DNA of 64,000 bases from a virus (taxonomy: Duplodnaviria; Caudoviricetes), in the IMG/VR virus record IMGVR_UViG_3300035152_000033, positions 15,980 through 79,979 of that record, one strand, 5' to 3'. Every line of letters starts with the position of its first letter. Position 1 is the first letter of the stretch. This document shows, piece after piece, positions 9,920-20,208 of the stretch. The notes beneath the pieces are model-generated. The model did not search any database. It was not told the DNA's origin and saw only the letters and a program-made list of their open reading frames with translations. The translations under genes and the position numbers were made by a program.

Positions 9920-12775
9920 TTATTTTATTAACTTCCCCTTATCAGCACATCTAGGACAAAAATCAATACTTAAAGATTTATCTAAAAAGTTTACAGGAAT
10001 AGTTTTCCCACACTCCACACAAGAAGGTCTAAAAAAATCAGCCTGTATATCCTTAAAAGAAACAAAACTATCAACTCTTAAAATATTATGCTTATAAGCC
10101 TCACCAAAAACCTTATTAAATAAAGCATTATATACCTCAAAAGGAGAGGCCTTGCCTTTAACAAATAGTTTAAGTTTTACCTCTAATCCCTCTCTCACAG
10201 CCCATATATCACTAACAAAATCCTTAGCATTACATTCAATAACATTAAGACCAGCCCTATAAATCATCTCTCTAATTTTCATAGTAACCTTTTCAGCTTT
10301 ATGCCAATAATTAAGGGCATTAATAACAGACATTTCTGTTTTATCCGTATCTATTTGATATAAAGAGTATCCTTTTTGTTTCTTTAAACTTTCCATAGAA
10401 GATGGTACTTTAATACCATCTAAAAGCTCAATACCAAAATGAGTTAATTCTTTATTCATCTCACTTATTAAGACTCTTAAATCTTTCTCATTTTTAATAT
10501 ACTTTTCTAGCAAACCAAATTCTATATAATCAATACCATATAACCAATTCTTAAATTTAATATTATCAGATACAAACCTAATACTTCTTTTAGTAATAGG
10601 TATATCAGCCTTCCAAGCGGCTCGCCTAATTAAACATTTCCAGTAAACATTTTCTACACACTTATATTTTTTATGTATACAAACTTTTAATCTTACTTTT
10701 TCTCTTATAGTTGATTCATCCTTACGCTTTAAAGATGATAAATCTTTAAAACTAATATCTTTCTCTCTAGCCTTATAAGAATCCTGGACCTTTTTTGCTT
10801 CTACAGGACTACAAGCCCCACAAGTACTACAACCATGTAGACACTTTTTAACAAGAAAACCATTTTTATTAGGCCCTCTATGATCTTCTCCTAACTCTGT
10901 ATTAAGCATAAAATCACAAGACTTTTTATACAACCCATAAATATAATCTTTAGTTACTCCTATATCAATATGATCCCAACCAAAAATATAATCCCAAGGT
11001 TTTTCTTTAAAATAATACTCATAAGACACTCCATATTTCTGCAGGTTTTTTTCTAAAGTTTCTTTCATTCTACTATCCACAGCTCCTATATAAGCTGCGT
11101 CCAATTCATCATAAGAATCCACCAGAGCATAACCCCCAAGCCTATCACATAAATGAGCTACTTGAGTACTCCACAAATAATCCTCTTTTGTTTTTTTCCC
11201 TAAAGTAAATTCTATACCTAAGTCTCTTATTTTTTGAAAGATACCAGCTAATCGCTTTTCTCCTACAGTAGCCCTATGCCATTGGAAAGGAGTCCAGGAT
11301 TCAATTAATAAAGGTGTAAAAGAAACCCTCACACCTATAGAAGACCCCATAGAAGTCTTTAAATCCATAATTTTTTTACACAACTCTAAAAAATCTTCTA
11401 TATCTTTATCGGACTCAAAAGGCAAGTTAGCAATCATATATAATTTTAACTTTTTATAACCGCCCCTAATTGTATTTTCACAAGCTTTTAAAATAACTTC
11501 CTCAGTGGCACCTTTATTGACAAAAGTCCTTAATCTTTCTGAGCTTCCTTCTACTCCAACAGCCAACTGATTCATGCCACCCTCACCAGATATTAAAGAA
11601 AAATTAGCGTCCTCAGCCATACTATCAATCCTCTGAGACTGAGAATCAAAGGTGTCAGACACTTCCTCTAGAATAGTCTTAGTTAATAAATTCTTTTGAG
11701 TATATCCCGTATACTCAAAAGCCGTTGGGAAAGCATAAATAGAACCAGAGTTTTTAATATTAGCCTTTAAAGCTTTGACCATATAAGGAATAGACCTTTC
11801 CCTATAAGGCCTATATCGATACCCTACAGCACAAAAGGAACAGTTACCAGCATTACAACCCCTTGCTAATTCAACCTCACCTAAACCCATCTCAGGAAAA
11901 ATCCAAGGTACTGGAGGGGCATCCACACAAGGCACATTATTTAAATCCTTAACAAATCTTTTTTTAATCTTCTTAGGTATATCATCATATTTAGCCTCAA
12001 AACACTCTATTTTAAGCTCATTATTCACCTTTTTATATTTAGGGTATAAAAACTTAGGCATATATAAGAAATCATATTCTTTAGCTAAAAAATGCAGTAA
12101 TTCTTCACGTCCTTCTTTAGTATAATAAAAACTCTCAGCTTCCTTTTTAAAAGAGTTAATATCTTCTAATACAGCCATTAAACCAGGAGACCCTTTTTCA
12201 TCCTCAGCCTCTCCAATAAACATAAAGTCTACTATAGGACTCCAAATCTCAGGACTCCCAAAAGTCGAACCTCCTGAAATAATCAAAGGATAATTTTCTT
12301 TCATTTCTTCTCTGTCTTTCCATCTTACGGGAATACCCGACATCTTTAACACTTTAACTACATTAGCTAAAAATGGGGGAAATCCTAAAGAAAACCCTAC
12401 CACATCAAACTCACCCATAGGCTTCTTAGACTCCAAACCAAACATAGGAATCCCCTCAAAGTATCTTAATTCTTTATAACTAATAGGCATAAAAGACCTT
12501 TCAGCTTTAAAAGGTCTTATACCATCCGATCTCCTATACTCATTAATCAATTTATATAATAAAGGTCCTCCTTGATTACCAACAAAATCTCTATAGCCCC
12601 AAGGATTTGCTATTAAAAATTTAAGCTCAGCAGAATCCCATTCTTTATAAAATAAACCTTTTCCCCATTCTCCATAAGTATTACACTCACAACCTAAAAA
12701 AGCCTCAGGCATTTCCATTTTAGGCATAATCGAAGTTAAAAAATTTTCTATTTGTATTTTCGTCATTTCCACCAT
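9920..12775 (-). CDS. Radical SAM protein (TIGR03960-like) fused to a radical-SAM-linked domain (TIGR03936/DUF2344-like) and a C-terminal zinc ribbon
   Basis: FGLESKKPMGEFDVVGFSL, ARGCNAGNCSFC cluster motif, GVEGSSERLR, LKLYMIANLPFE, WTPFQW, CLHGCSTCGAC, then IRRAAWKADIPI, and CVEC...CPRC. Confidence 0.8.
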   Translation of the reverse strand: MVEMTKIQIENFLTSIMPKMEMPEAFLGCECNTYGEWGKGLFYKEWDSAELKFLIANPWGYRDFVGNQGGPLLYKLINEYRRSDGIRPFKAERSFMPISYKELRYFEGIPMFGLESKKPMGEFDVVGFSLGFPPFLANVVKVLKMSGIPVRWKDREEMKENYPLIISGGSTFGSPEIWSPIVDFMFIGEAEDEKGSPGLMAVLEDINSFKKEAESFYYTKEGREELLHFLAKEYDFLYMPKFLYPKYKKVNNELKIECFEAKYDDIPKKIKKRFVKDLNNVPCVDAPPVPWIFPEMGLGEVELARGCNAGNCSFCAVGYRYRPYRERSIPYMVKALKANIKNSGSIYAFPTAFEYTGYTQKNLLTKTILEEVSDTFDSQSQRIDSMAEDANFSLISGEGGMNQLAVGVEGSSERLRTFVNKGATEEVILKACENTIRGGYKKLKLYMIANLPFESDKDIEDFLELCKKIMDLKTSMGSSIGVRVSFTPLLIESWTPFQWHRATVGEKRLAGIFQKIRDLGIEFTLGKKTKEDYLWSTQVAHLCDRLGGYALVDSYDELDAAYIGAVDSRMKETLEKNLQKYGVSYEYYFKEKPWDYIFGWDHIDIGVTKDYIYGLYKKSCDFMLNTELGEDHRGPNKNGFLVKKCLHGCSTCGACSPVEAKKVQDSYKAREKDISFKDLSSLKRKDESTIREKVRLKVCIHKKYKCVENVYWKCLIRRAAWKADIPITKRSIRFVSDNIKFKNWLYGIDYIEFGLLEKYIKNEKDLRVLISEMNKELTHFGIELLDGIKVPSSMESLKKQKGYSLYQIDTDKTEMSVINALNYWHKAEKVTMKIREMIYRAGLNVIECNAKDFVSDIWAVREGLEVKLKLFVKGKASPFEVYNALFNKVFGEAYKHNILRVDSFVSFKDIQADFFRPSCVECGKTIPVNFLDKSLSIDFCPRCADKGKLIK

Positions 12776-12799
12776 AAATAATATAACCTCCTACAAAGT

Positions 12800-12862
12800 A
12801 AAAGCCCCTGATAAATAGATTGGCAATATCAGAGACTTTTTATTAAATTAATGAATACCACT
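12800..12862 (-). promoter_or_regulatory. Attenuator-like leader of the radical SAM gene
   Basis: TTTACG-N17-TACAAT at 12869-12897, then hairpin AAAGTCTCTGATA / 13-nt loop / TATCAGGGGCTTT plus U-tract, then the RBS. Confidence 0.55.
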
Positions 12863-13285
12863 TTCTTTATTGTACCGTAAATTTATTGTATCGTAAAATC
12901 AGTTAAAAATCAATCTCATTTTTCCAACAAGGTAAAGCAGACACATGGGCATCCCATGCCACACCAAAACACACCTTTTCTTTTAAACATGTTACGGTAT
13001 ACTCAATCTTACCACTTAAGATTGAATGTGCTTTACTAAAATCCTTAGCATAATCACAATACCAGCATTTAAACATTTTAGGATTTGCATCCGTATAACT
13101 TTTATTATTCATAGCAATCTTATGAGCTTTATTTAGCTTAGAAGAATACTCTAAAATATCTTTCTTATTAATATCCTTAGAAGATTCAATATTAACTATC
13201 TTTCTCTTATCATAGAGCTTACACCAATCAATATACTCTAATAATGTAAGCCCTCTTTCAATATCTTTTTCCTTTAATAAATTAA

Positions 13286-13678
13286 TCATGATAAAACCTT
13301 CAATCTGGTATAATCATAATCTAAAAGATTACAAAACTCTTTCAATGAAGAATCTGACAGTCTATGAGTACCAGACTCCACCTTAGCATAAGTACTAAGA
13401 GACATACCTAAAGCTTTAGCAATCTCTCTTTGTGTCCATCCTCGCCAAACTCTTACTTTACGTAAAGTACTAAAGCTCTTGTCGCTCACTGCACTTAACC
13501 TCTTATAAGGTTTATATACTTTTTTAGTCTTTCTTTTTTCATAAGCATCCGTAGCCCATTCTAAAAAAACGTCAACCACTTCATCCACACTTAAAGGGTT
13601 CTCCTCAGCCACCTTTTTTAATTTTTCTAAAGTGGAATTTTTTATTAAAAATCTACAAGTACTACGCAAAACTTTCAC
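13286..13678 (-). CDS. XRE-family HTH transcriptional regulator
   Basis: LRKVRVWRGWTQREIAKALGMSLSTYAKVESG; the N-terminus looks ribbon-helix-helix-like. Confidence 0.85.
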   Translation of the reverse strand: MKVLRSTCRFLIKNSTLEKLKKVAEENPLSVDEVVDVFLEWATDAYEKRKTKKVYKPYKRLSAVSDKSFSTLRKVRVWRGWTQREIAKALGMSLSTYAKVESGTHRLSDSSLKEFCNLLDYDYTRLKVLS

Positions 13679-13900
13679 TCCTTTCTATTATCCTATTTAG
13701 GACATATAAATTTTTACTACTTTTATAGTCAGTCTATACATATAAAGCCAGATAAAGAAAATACCTAAAATCAACCAACGTCTACAGCTATAATCTCTCT
13801 CATATATAACATATATCATATGAGACCCTGCTATTAAAAGAACCCACAAACTATAAAACATTCCAATTAAAGTCCAAACCAAATATAAACACCTCCTAAA

Positions 13901-13933
13901 ATTATACCTACAAAAAACCAAAAAAGCATGTAC
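13901..13933 (-). promoter_or_regulatory. Class II promoter
   Basis: GTACA-N22-TATAAT. Confidence 0.7.
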
Positions 13934-14002
13934 ACATAAAAATAAAATAAGCCCCTGAAAAAGGAGCTTACTTCTTAAAAGGCATAATATGTAGTAAATT
14001 AC

Positions 14003-14230
14003 TTATATTATATCAGCCTCAGAGATTACAATCAAATCTAAAATTTTAATTTTATTAAAAGACTTCAAACATAAATTATCATCATAGGCATTTAATAAAT
14101 ACTCAGCCTTTTCCTCTAACCCATTATAATTAATTATGGTCTCGATCTCTTTACTGGGTAACTGAACCGCAGTTACAATCATTTTTTTATTAGGTTTATT
14201 TAATTTCTTTTCATAAGAGTCTCTATTCAT
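14003..14230 (-). CDS. Phage hypothetical protein
   Basis: 75 aa, strong RBS GGAGGAAG, followed by a terminator at about 13945-13970. Confidence 0.6.
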   Translation of the reverse strand: MNRDSYEKKLNKPNKKMIVTAVQLPSKEIETIINYNGLEEKAEYLLNAYDDNLCLKSFNKIKILDLIVISEADII

Positions 14231-14244
14231 TTCTTAGCTTCCTC

Positions 14245-15228
14245 CTAAAATAAAGCATAGGTATTCGCCAAATCAATGATCACACTATTATTATCCCTTA
14301 CAATAGCAGACTCATTTAATAAAAATAATTTCTTTATCCATTCAATAGACTGCTCAAAGTATTTAATATCTTTCTCTATACCTATAAAAAATCTCTTAGT
14401 ATTTGCACAAGCTATTCCAGTACCACCAGACCCAAAACAAAAATCTAAAACAGTATCACCCTCATTACTAAAAGTAGTGATTATATCTTCCAATAATCTT
14501 ATAGGCTTTTGCGTAGGATGTACTTTAGCATAATCCTTTTTATAATAAAACACACTACCCTTAAAATTACCCTTGATATTAAAAGTTTTATTATGTCTGG
14601 CAAATCTATCACATACTTTAGAATAAGGCCAAAAGTTAGGAGCTTTATCAATATGGAATACATTAATAAGCTCCTGATATATATCCTCAGAACATAATTC
14701 AAATTGTAAAGTATCCCACCTTAAAAAATGTTCTGCCTTTCTATGTCCTAAGATATGATTTATTTTAGTCCTATTAACATTTATATAGGACATTAAATAT
14801 TTTACATACAATCTAACAGGGTTATTATGGTTGCTATCATATTTCTTACAAAAAATACTTATATCCTCATGATATTTCACCAAAGCTTTTTTAGCTATTA
14901 AATTATTTGCAAAGTGATCCTTAACCCATACAGCATCATATAAAAAGAATAAATTTTCATGTTTATAACTTCTTAATTGTGAAGTATAAGGCTCCTGGGA
15001 AAACACTATTAAATAGCCCTTAACTCTCAGCAGCTTATTACAATGATTAAAAAATTTGTCCATATCTAACCTATCATCCCAGGACGTATCCTGATTAGAA
15101 TAGCCTTTTAATTCAATATCTTTAATCGTTCCATAAGGAGGGTCCACCAAAATTAAATCTAGCTCCTTATGGATTTTAGTCATCTCTTCAAAACAATCAC
15201 CATTATATAAAAGCATAATTCCTCCCAT
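14245..15228 (-). CDS. DNA N6-adenine/N4-cytosine methyltransferase (beta class)
   Basis: Motif IV DPPY, HPTQKP, SAM motif VLDFCFGSGGTG. Confidence 0.92.
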   Translation of the reverse strand: MGGIMLLYNGDCFEEMTKIHKELDLILVDPPYGTIKDIELKGYSNQDTSWDDRLDMDKFFNHCNKLLRVKGYLIVFSQEPYTSQLRSYKHENLFFLYDAVWVKDHFANNLIAKKALVKYHEDISIFCKKYDSNHNNPVRLYVKYLMSYINVNRTKINHILGHRKAEHFLRWDTLQFELCSEDIYQELINVFHIDKAPNFWPYSKVCDRFARHNKTFNIKGNFKGSVFYYKKDYAKVHPTQKPIRLLEDIITTFSNEGDTVLDFCFGSGGTGIACANTKRFFIGIEKDIKYFEQSIEWIKKLFLLNESAIVRDNNSVIIDLANTYALF

Positions 15229-15230
15229 AA

Positions 15231-15308
15231 ATTAAAGCCCTTTAAAAAATAAAGAGCTTTAAACAAATATATTAAACTACACAGCAACAATAATAATAAA
15301 TAACTTCT
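15231..15308 (-). promoter_or_regulatory. Leader with terminator-like hairpin in front of the methyltransferase
   Basis: TTTACA-N17-TATACT at 15315-15343; hairpin AAAGCTCTTTA...TAAAGGGCTTT just before the RBS. Confidence 0.45.
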
Positions 15309-15346
15309 ATATTGAGTATAGCATAAGGCTATACAGATGTAAACAT

Positions 15347-15409
15347 TAAAATAAGCCCCATACAGAGCTTATTTTAAAGTCAATAACAGTTCCATTATGA
15401 AAAAACTAT
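15347..15409 (-). ncRNA. Candidate sRNA, about 60 nt
   Basis: TTGACT-N17-TATAAT at 15416-15444, no ORF, terminator AAAATAAGCTCT-GTAT-GGGGCTTATTTT. Confidence 0.45.
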
Positions 15410-15657
15410 ACAACTATTATAAAATACCATTTTACTTTAGTCAATCTTTAATATCCCCATGTTCTAAACTCTTAACCATATCCTCATGATCTTCTATAGT
15501 TTTTATACCTTTAAGTATACTTATTATTATTTTGGCTATAAACTTCACTAACCAAATACCAGCCACTACATCCAAAAATATAAGAGAATAAAACACAAAC
15601 ATCAAATAATTATTAACCAACTCATAAATTTCATTTAACCTGCTCATACTTTCACCT

Positions 15658-15879
15658 CTATCCTGTAATTTCAGGAGTTTTAATCGTAGGTAAAGTGATT
15701 TCAGGAGTTGGAGTCACAGTTGGCGTAGGTGTATGAGAAATAGGAGTATAAGATTTAAAAGTCCTCCTAATACTTGCCTTTTCAAGCTCCTTTCTGTCAC
15801 CCTTTTCATTATTGGCAGCCAACAACAAACCAACTATACAAAAACCTAAAACAATCAAAACTAAAACTACTTTTTTCAA
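15658..15879 (-). CDS. Small membrane-anchored protein with Pro/Thr tail
   Basis: N-terminal TM, TPTPTVTPTPEITLPTIKTPEITG. Confidence 0.55.
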   Translation of the reverse strand: MKKVVLVLIVLGFCIVGLLLAANNEKGDRKELEKASIRRTFKSYTPISHTPTPTVTPTPEITLPTIKTPEITG

Positions 15880-16188
15880 AAGAATCCCTCCTTTCTTACT
15901 TTTTCACAATTAATTTTTCCCAATTACGACACTTACTATTTTTTGGACTGGCACAAACCCATTTAGTCCATTTATCCGTATTTTCTATACAAGTGGCCTT
16001 ACCGCCACACTCTGCACAATACATAAGCTTAATCCTCCCTTTTTATATTTGATCTCATCTTCTTAGCTTCCTTTTATACAATCTCTAACAACTTTACTAA
16101 GCATAGGCAACCATACTACACTAGTACTGCCTAATAATAAACATACACTAATTATAACAGTTTTCAATAAAATTCCTCCTCACCTAAG

Positions 16189-16827
16189 TTAATCGAAAAA
16201 ATCACTAGTCTTATCAAAAAGGTCATAAGCATTATACTTATCTCTAAGAGCATTGAATTTTTCCTCTCTGTCTTTTAATCTATTAAACAAATCTTTAACT
16301 TTAAACCCGCAATCTCTTAATCGTGTTATACTAAAATCCTCATCCAAAAGAGAAATAAGAGACTCTTTTGATGTTTTTAACAAATCCCTATAAATTTCTA
16401 TTTCAGCTTCTAAGCAAGATTCTAAATAATCATACACAATCTTACACAAATCTGACAGACTGAGCTGAAATACAAGCACTTCGGCCCCACTATCAAAAGC
16501 CTCAAAAACAAAATCCTCCTCTTGTATAAAACACTCTATAGGGAATCTGATTTTATAATTATCAGACTTAAAATAATCCTTATAGAAATGTTTTAATTTT
16601 CTTAAATAATCCAATGAGTTATTTTCTAATAAAGAATAATCTATCTCTATCTTTTTTATTTTACCATCCTCATCATACACATTATCTATTTCAACATGCT
16701 CCGCATCACAAAGCCATGTTATTTTTGGAGTCTCTTGTAACTGTCCAAACTCCGTTATTCCTAAACGTTCCAAATCCTCTATTTTTAAATTTTCTACTAC
16801 AAACTCAAAACTTAATGTTACTATCAT
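16189..16827 (-). CDS. Hypothetical protein
   Basis: Long ORF; likely start MIVTL after RBS GGAGG. Confidence 0.55.
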   Translation of the reverse strand: MIVTLSFEFVVENLKIEDLERLGITEFGQLQETPKITWLCDAEHVEIDNVYDEDGKIKKIEIDYSLLENNSLDYLRKLKHFYKDYFKSDNYKIRFPIECFIQEEDFVFEAFDSGAEVLVFQLSLSDLCKIVYDYLESCLEAEIEIYRDLLKTSKESLISLLDEDFSITRLRDCGFKVKDLFNRLKDREEKFNALRDKYNAYDLFDKTSDFFD

Positions 16828-16852
16828 AATCACGCCTCCTAATAAAATAGAT

Positions 16853-17344
16853 TCATCCAAATACAACCTCTTCATAATCTTTTAAAGCTTTTCTATACAC
16901 CTCTTCCATATAGGTGTATTCAATTTTGTTATCATACACATTAGCTTTAAAATACCCGACAAAATTATCGTTTAGCTCTGGCTTGACATATTTCTCAAAA
17001 GCTTTATTGGCTACTTTAAGATATGCCCCATAGCTATTAAAATTTTTAAACATCATATTTCTATACTTATCATAAAACTCTCTTTTAAATACAATAGAAG
17101 AATAGTCCAGAAAAACCTCCTCAATATAAATAGGACTATTAAAATCTTTAGCTAACTCAAATAATCTAGTTTTACTTAAATCCTCACAATTTGCTGCGAT
17201 ATCAATCTCAGAATTAAGACAAACATCAAGCACAGGATATTTAGCAACAAACTCTTTTCTTAACTCAGACACATTTACTACCTGTATTTTATAATTCTCA
17301 GCTTCCTTAATAAAATCTTTTATTTCCTTTATTTCACTCACCAT
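16853..17344 (-). CDS. Hypothetical protein
   Basis: 163-aa ORF with RBS AGGAGG. Confidence 0.6.
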   Translation of the reverse strand: MVSEIKEIKDFIKEAENYKIQVVNVSELRKEFVAKYPVLDVCLNSEIDIAANCEDLSKTRLFELAKDFNSPIYIEEVFLDYSSIVFKREFYDKYRNMMFKNFNSYGAYLKVANKAFEKYVKPELNDNFVGYFKANVYDNKIEYTYMEEVYRKALKDYEEVVFG

Positions 17345-17535
17345 AAATACCTCCTAATAAACTTAATAAACTATACTCTCATACCACATTACTTTGCCAC
17401 ATCTAGTGCATTTATGTTCGTATAATAAAATACCTGAGAAGTCCTCAGTTTTTCCAGTATACTCAAAATACCCTATGCAATGAAACCTATCACATTTTAC
17501 TGCCATACTAAAATCCTTAAATCCTTTCTTATAAT

Positions 17536-17568
17536 ATTATACAGCCTCATATTTAAAAAAGACTGTAC
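17536..17568 (-). promoter_or_regulatory. Class II promoter
   Basis: GTACA-N22-TATAAT. Confidence 0.6.
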
Positions 17569-17604
17569 TTAAATTTATTTTAAAACAAAGCGGGGAAATA
17601 TTCC

Positions 17605-17775
17605 CTACTCTATTATAAATTTTCCCCAATTCTTTACTACAAAGTCGTATAACTCGTTAAAGTTTTCAAACTTGCTATTATCTATCATATAGTTATCAAG
17701 TTCCCATTGAGAGAACTCAATTCCTCTATCCATTAATCTACTTGCAATTATTTTTTTAGCTATAACACTTAACAT
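17605..17775 (-). CDS. Small early protein, 56 aa (not in ORF track)
   Basis: MLSVIAKKIIASRLMDRG...; has its own class I promoter, RBS GAGGAGG and a downstream hairpin. Confidence 0.7.
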   Translation of the reverse strand: MLSVIAKKIIASRLMDRGIEFSQWELDNYMIDNSKFENFNELYDFVVKNWGKFIIE

Positions 17776-17817
17776 CTTAACGTCCTCCTCAAAATTTATT
17801 ATTTATCTTATGTTCTT

Positions 17818-17846
17818 ATTATATAATAAGACTTGACATATGTCAA
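17818..17846 (-). promoter_or_regulatory. Class I promoter with perfect palindrome
   Basis: CTTGACATATGTCAAG, TTGACA-N17-TATAAT, leader ATAAGATAAA. Confidence 0.9.
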
Positions 17847-17864
17847 GCATTAAGCTAAAAATTT

Positions 17865-18107
17865 TTAACTCAAATTTCTAATAAAATGCAGTATACCCAA
17901 GGACTCCAAATCATTTAAAAATCCCTCTGCATTCACTCTTATTTTTACACCTTTTAAAATCTCCACTCGATCACGTACCTGACACATATATATCAGGTCC
18001 GACTTATCATCACAATAAGCTGCCTTTTTCATTTCCTGGACCACTTCAAGACAAGTATCCCCAGAAAATATATGTCTATCATCACTATATTTTAACATTC
18101 TATTCAC
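17865..18107 (-). CDS. Hypothetical protein co-transcribed with the amidoligase
   Basis: 80-aa ORF with RBS GGAGG. Confidence 0.6.
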   Translation of the reverse strand: MNRMLKYSDDRHIFSGDTCLEVVQEMKKAAYCDDKSDLIYMCQVRDRVEILKGVKIRVNAEGFLNDLESLGILHFIRNLS

Positions 18108-18124
18108 CTCCTACATTATTAGCC

Positions 18125-18967
18125 CTAAGAGGCTAATAATGCTTTTCTTCCAGTATAGAATTTTACTACACTAGCTTCTACCTCAGCGGTATACATCAAG
18201 GATTCAAACCATTTATCTTGGTTTGGTCTTTTAGCTACAACTTTTTTAGCCCTAGCCCCTCTTTCCACTAAACCCTGAGTTAGTAGCAACCAGTTCACTA
18301 TTTTTTCAAACTCTACAGTACCACTATGATGACGAAACTCAATAGTACCGTAAACAGCATAACTGGTTACATTTAATTTTCTATATCTAGCTCTATAAGT
18401 GTCAGTAAATACCTCAAGTAAGGCACTAACTGTACTTTTAGAATCGATTAAATCAAATTTTGATTTTAAATTCATGCCTGATAAAGAATAAACATCTGAG
18501 AAGTTTAAGCAATATAGATTAGCATTGCCTTTTCTTGAGCGAGGCATAAAATTATCAATTTCATCCTCAAACTTTAAGTATGCTTTAGTTAGTGTTTTCC
18601 AACTATCTAAAGTATAGTCTACAATCTCATGATGTATATGTAAACCACAAGACTTATTAACAGTGGCTCCTATGGTATCTAATACAGCACATACAGCCTT
18701 TAGCTGATTAACGCCATCTTTACCAGATAACGGTGGCGACACTAATTCGTAGCCTTTAAAATTAACTGTTTTAATTGATTCCTCAGGCTTTATAGAACAG
18801 TCAGTTACAACTTTCCAACAGTTGTTTAATACTTCATGTGTATACCCAGCATATATACAAGGAATACCCTCAGCCATTAAAATATCGGCCACATTTCTGC
18901 CTGTATATTGCTGAGGCACTAACATCTCTATCTCAATACCAAACTTTCTATCAGTTAATTTTTTCAT
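18125..18967 (-). CDS. Putative amidoligase (COOH-NH2 ligase type 2)
   Basis: FGIEIEM, WKVVTDCSI, ELVSPPL, SCGLHIH, RYRKLN, TIEFRHH. Confidence 0.88.
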   Translation of the reverse strand: MKKLTDRKFGIEIEMLVPQQYTGRNVADILMAEGIPCIYAGYTHEVLNNCWKVVTDCSIKPEESIKTVNFKGYELVSPPLSGKDGVNQLKAVCAVLDTIGATVNKSCGLHIHHEIVDYTLDSWKTLTKAYLKFEDEIDNFMPRSRKGNANLYCLNFSDVYSLSGMNLKSKFDLIDSKSTVSALLEVFTDTYRARYRKLNVTSYAVYGTIEFRHHSGTVEFEKIVNWLLLTQGLVERGARAKKVVAKRPNQDKWFESLMYTAEVEASVVKFYTGRKALLAS

Positions 18968-19010
18968 TTTTAAATCCCCCTTAAATTTTTATGATTTATC
19001 TTATGTTTAC

Positions 19011-19039
19011 ATTATATAATAAACCTTTACATATGTCAA
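19011..19039 (-). promoter_or_regulatory. Class I promoter
   Basis: TTGACATATGTAAAG...TATAAT, leader ATAAGATAAA. Confidence 0.9.
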
Positions 19040-19083
19040 GGAGGATTTTAAAAATTTTATGTTAGTATTTAATTTTTTATTTT

Positions 19084-19719
19084 CTAGAGAGAATCAATAT
19101 ACCTTCTTTCCCTATTAAAGATAGGCCATAAATCTTTTTCGGCCTCCTCTATAGTATTACCAAAAGAATAATAATGACAGTCAGCTAAATAATCCCATAC
19201 AGACATTTTCTGAGTTCTTTCCACATCAGCTACCTTTTCAGTAGCTATAAATTCAAAGTTCGGGCTTATAAAGCTTACATATGGTATATGAGACCCTATT
19301 TCCTCCAAATCATTACTAAAGCTATTAAATTCATTAATAAAACCATTGGACATATAGCTGCATACCTCTCCTAAGGTTAAAGGTAATGCCTTATAATTCT
19401 TATCATAAATGACACTTAAACCATCTATAAAATAACCATTATAAAAAGTTTTTTTAAGTTTGTAAATTTCATTATTTATCTTTTTTCTACTTGGCATGAC
19501 ATCCAATAAATCCTGATCCTGCAAACCCAAATAATAATTTTCCACCGAATATTTAAATGTATATTTATTTATAATTAATTCTCTTCCCATAGTCTCCTCC
19601 TTAGTATTATCTACACACTCCATTTCTTGCTCAGAGTCCACTCCATCATCATACTCACAATAACCATTTACATTAAACAAACACGCACCATAAGCGTCAC
19701 AAGGTACATAATCACACAT
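19084..19719 (-). CDS. Early hypothetical protein
   Basis: 211-aa ORF behind a class I promoter; possible second start MGREL with its own RBS. Confidence 0.6.
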   Translation of the reverse strand: MCDYVPCDAYGACLFNVNGYCEYDDGVDSEQEMECVDNTKEETMGRELIINKYTFKYSVENYYLGLQDQDLLDVMPSRKKINNEIYKLKKTFYNGYFIDGLSVIYDKNYKALPLTLGEVCSYMSNGFINEFNSFSNDLEEIGSHIPYVSFISPNFEFIATEKVADVERTQKMSVWDYLADCHYYSFGNTIEEAEKDLWPIFNRERRYIDSL

Positions 19720-19759
19720 AATTGACTCCTCCTAAAAATATAATTTATCTTATGATTTA

Positions 19760-19788
19760 ATTATATACCCATGCTTTACATATGTCAA
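19760..19788 (-). promoter_or_regulatory. Class I promoter
   Basis: TTGACATATGTAAAG...TATAAT, leader ATAAGATAAATTA. Confidence 0.9.
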
Positions 19789-20208
19789 GGATTATTTAAA
19801 TATATTCTTTAAAACTACAGTTCTGACATACACCCTCATAATGCTTTATAACTCCACACTTAGGACACTTTAAAAGAGCCTCAGCAGAATCATCTTTTTT
19901 AAACTTCTCTATAAATCTTTTATATCTGGCTTCTAATATAGAGGTCTTATCTTTTCTATTAAAATAAGCCTCCAACACTATATAAAGATCAGCCATCTCA
20001 GCTTCCCATTTATCGCTAACTTTTAAATACTTATATTCATGATCGTATAAAAAAGAAACTTCTCGAACATGATCCATAATACCCAGCTTATTAAAATACT
20101 CCTTAGCATATATTTTAGCTATCTCAGTAACATATTGAAACTTTTCAAACATAAATATTCCTCCAAACGAAATAAAGGCAACCTATCAAAAGGCTGCCCC
20201 ATTCAAAT

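Noticed and set aside
13697-13921. ORF-track starts that overlap promoters (13921, 29309, 34060, 50935, 61602, and the 54110-54406 ORF)
   Set aside because: Downstream ATGs with proper RBSs, or overlapping better-supported ORFs, are more plausible.
15385-15400. sRNA TTTTTTCAT targeting ATGAAAAAA start codons
   Set aside because: A 9-nt AT-rich match is expected by chance in this genome.
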